Below are positions 63,221 to 64,000 of a stretch of DNA of 64,000 nt, piece after piece. The position numbers and the translations under genes were made by a program. Position 1 is the stretch's first letter; each line of letters starts with the position of its first letter. The DNA is from Antedon mediterranea. Taxonomy: Eukaryota; Animalia; Echinodermata. Below the pieces are notes generated by a model. That model had not been told where the DNA came from, did no database searches, and saw only the letters and a list, made by a program, of their open reading frames with translations. The stretch is from positions 10,721,812 to 10,785,811 of the forward strand of contig NC_092675.1 of NCBI RefSeq assembly GCF_964355755.1, given 5' to 3'.

Positions 63221-64000
63221 CGCCGCTGTTTTTCCCCAAACTTTATTTTCAGAGAGACTATGGGGTAGTACCACTAGGGATAAAGATGCAATAAAGCAAA
63301 CATTTTGAAAACATTGTCAAAAATAATCATTTTTAGTCACGCGAAAGTTGTAAACAAGTTACGCCCTCTGTTGGCCGCTTGGCGAATGCACGAAATAAAC
63401 AAGGTTTTCGAAGTAATAAATTAAATATAAAATTACTTTTTTTTAGTAATTTATTATATAATATTATATTAAAATTTTTAATATCAATAAAATACGGATT
63501 GTTAAACACCATTAAAAACTTGATAAATACCAAAAAAAAATGAATTTGGTCTAAAGTGGGATGTTTCGGCCCAAAAGTGGGCCGAATTGTCCCAGGGCCG
63601 AATCGCCCTGGAACCCTTTGTGAGGGCCGACTTTGCGATGGGGCGACTTGACTAGGCTAGCTAGGCCGAATACAGATCAATCCGGCCGCGATTCATTCCG
63701 GCCGCAACTATGGAGCGCCCAATGAGTCTTTTACAACCGAGACACGTTTTTGTAGAGAATCAAAATAAACATTAATTAGATGGACATTTGATTATTTGAA
63801 ATAAATATTAATATTTTACATATTGTTATTAACTATAATTAGTAAGTATGGGTACTGGAAAGATAAAGTGTTATAAAAATAAGGTTTTTAACTAATTTTT
63901 AATGTTAATGTAAAGCTATAAAATGTACATAGAAAGAAATTAAATATTGTTATTCAAGCATTAATTAGACGGGTATTTGATTATTTGAAAGGAAAAAGTT

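Overview
AT-rich, intron-rich animal genomic DNA, probably from an invertebrate deuterostome (taxon is inference only). It holds two convergent protein-coding genes. On the + strand are the last five coding exons of a centlein (CNTLN) orthologue (363-3622). On the - strand is an apparently complete CCDC171 orthologue: 28-29 coding exons from ATG at 54938 to a stop at 7045 or 6862, about 1330-1340 aa, with all exon phases compatible by manual splicing. Both gene calls rest on peptide similarity to the vertebrate proteins as recalled, not on a database search. Introns and flanks are packed with mostly non-autonomous transposons (MULE-, PIF/Harbinger-, hAT-, Kolobok-, Tc1/pogo-, Academ- and Helitron/Helentron-like, SINEs, a Penelope-like remnant, a decayed Gypsy element), often nested. 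Most notable: (1) a Helentron-type element / tRNA-Val / tRNA-Val / element cassette that appears to have inserted as one unit; (2) a minimal hammerhead ribozyme motif; (3) TA-xxx-TA excision-footprint-like micro-insertions visible by comparing paralogous MITEs; (4) a 7 kb structure with ~1.1 kb inverted arms just upstream of the first CCDC171 coding exon; (5) CNTLN-CCDC171 linkage that echoes human 9p22. Most ORFs in the supplied track are spurious or exon read-throughs.
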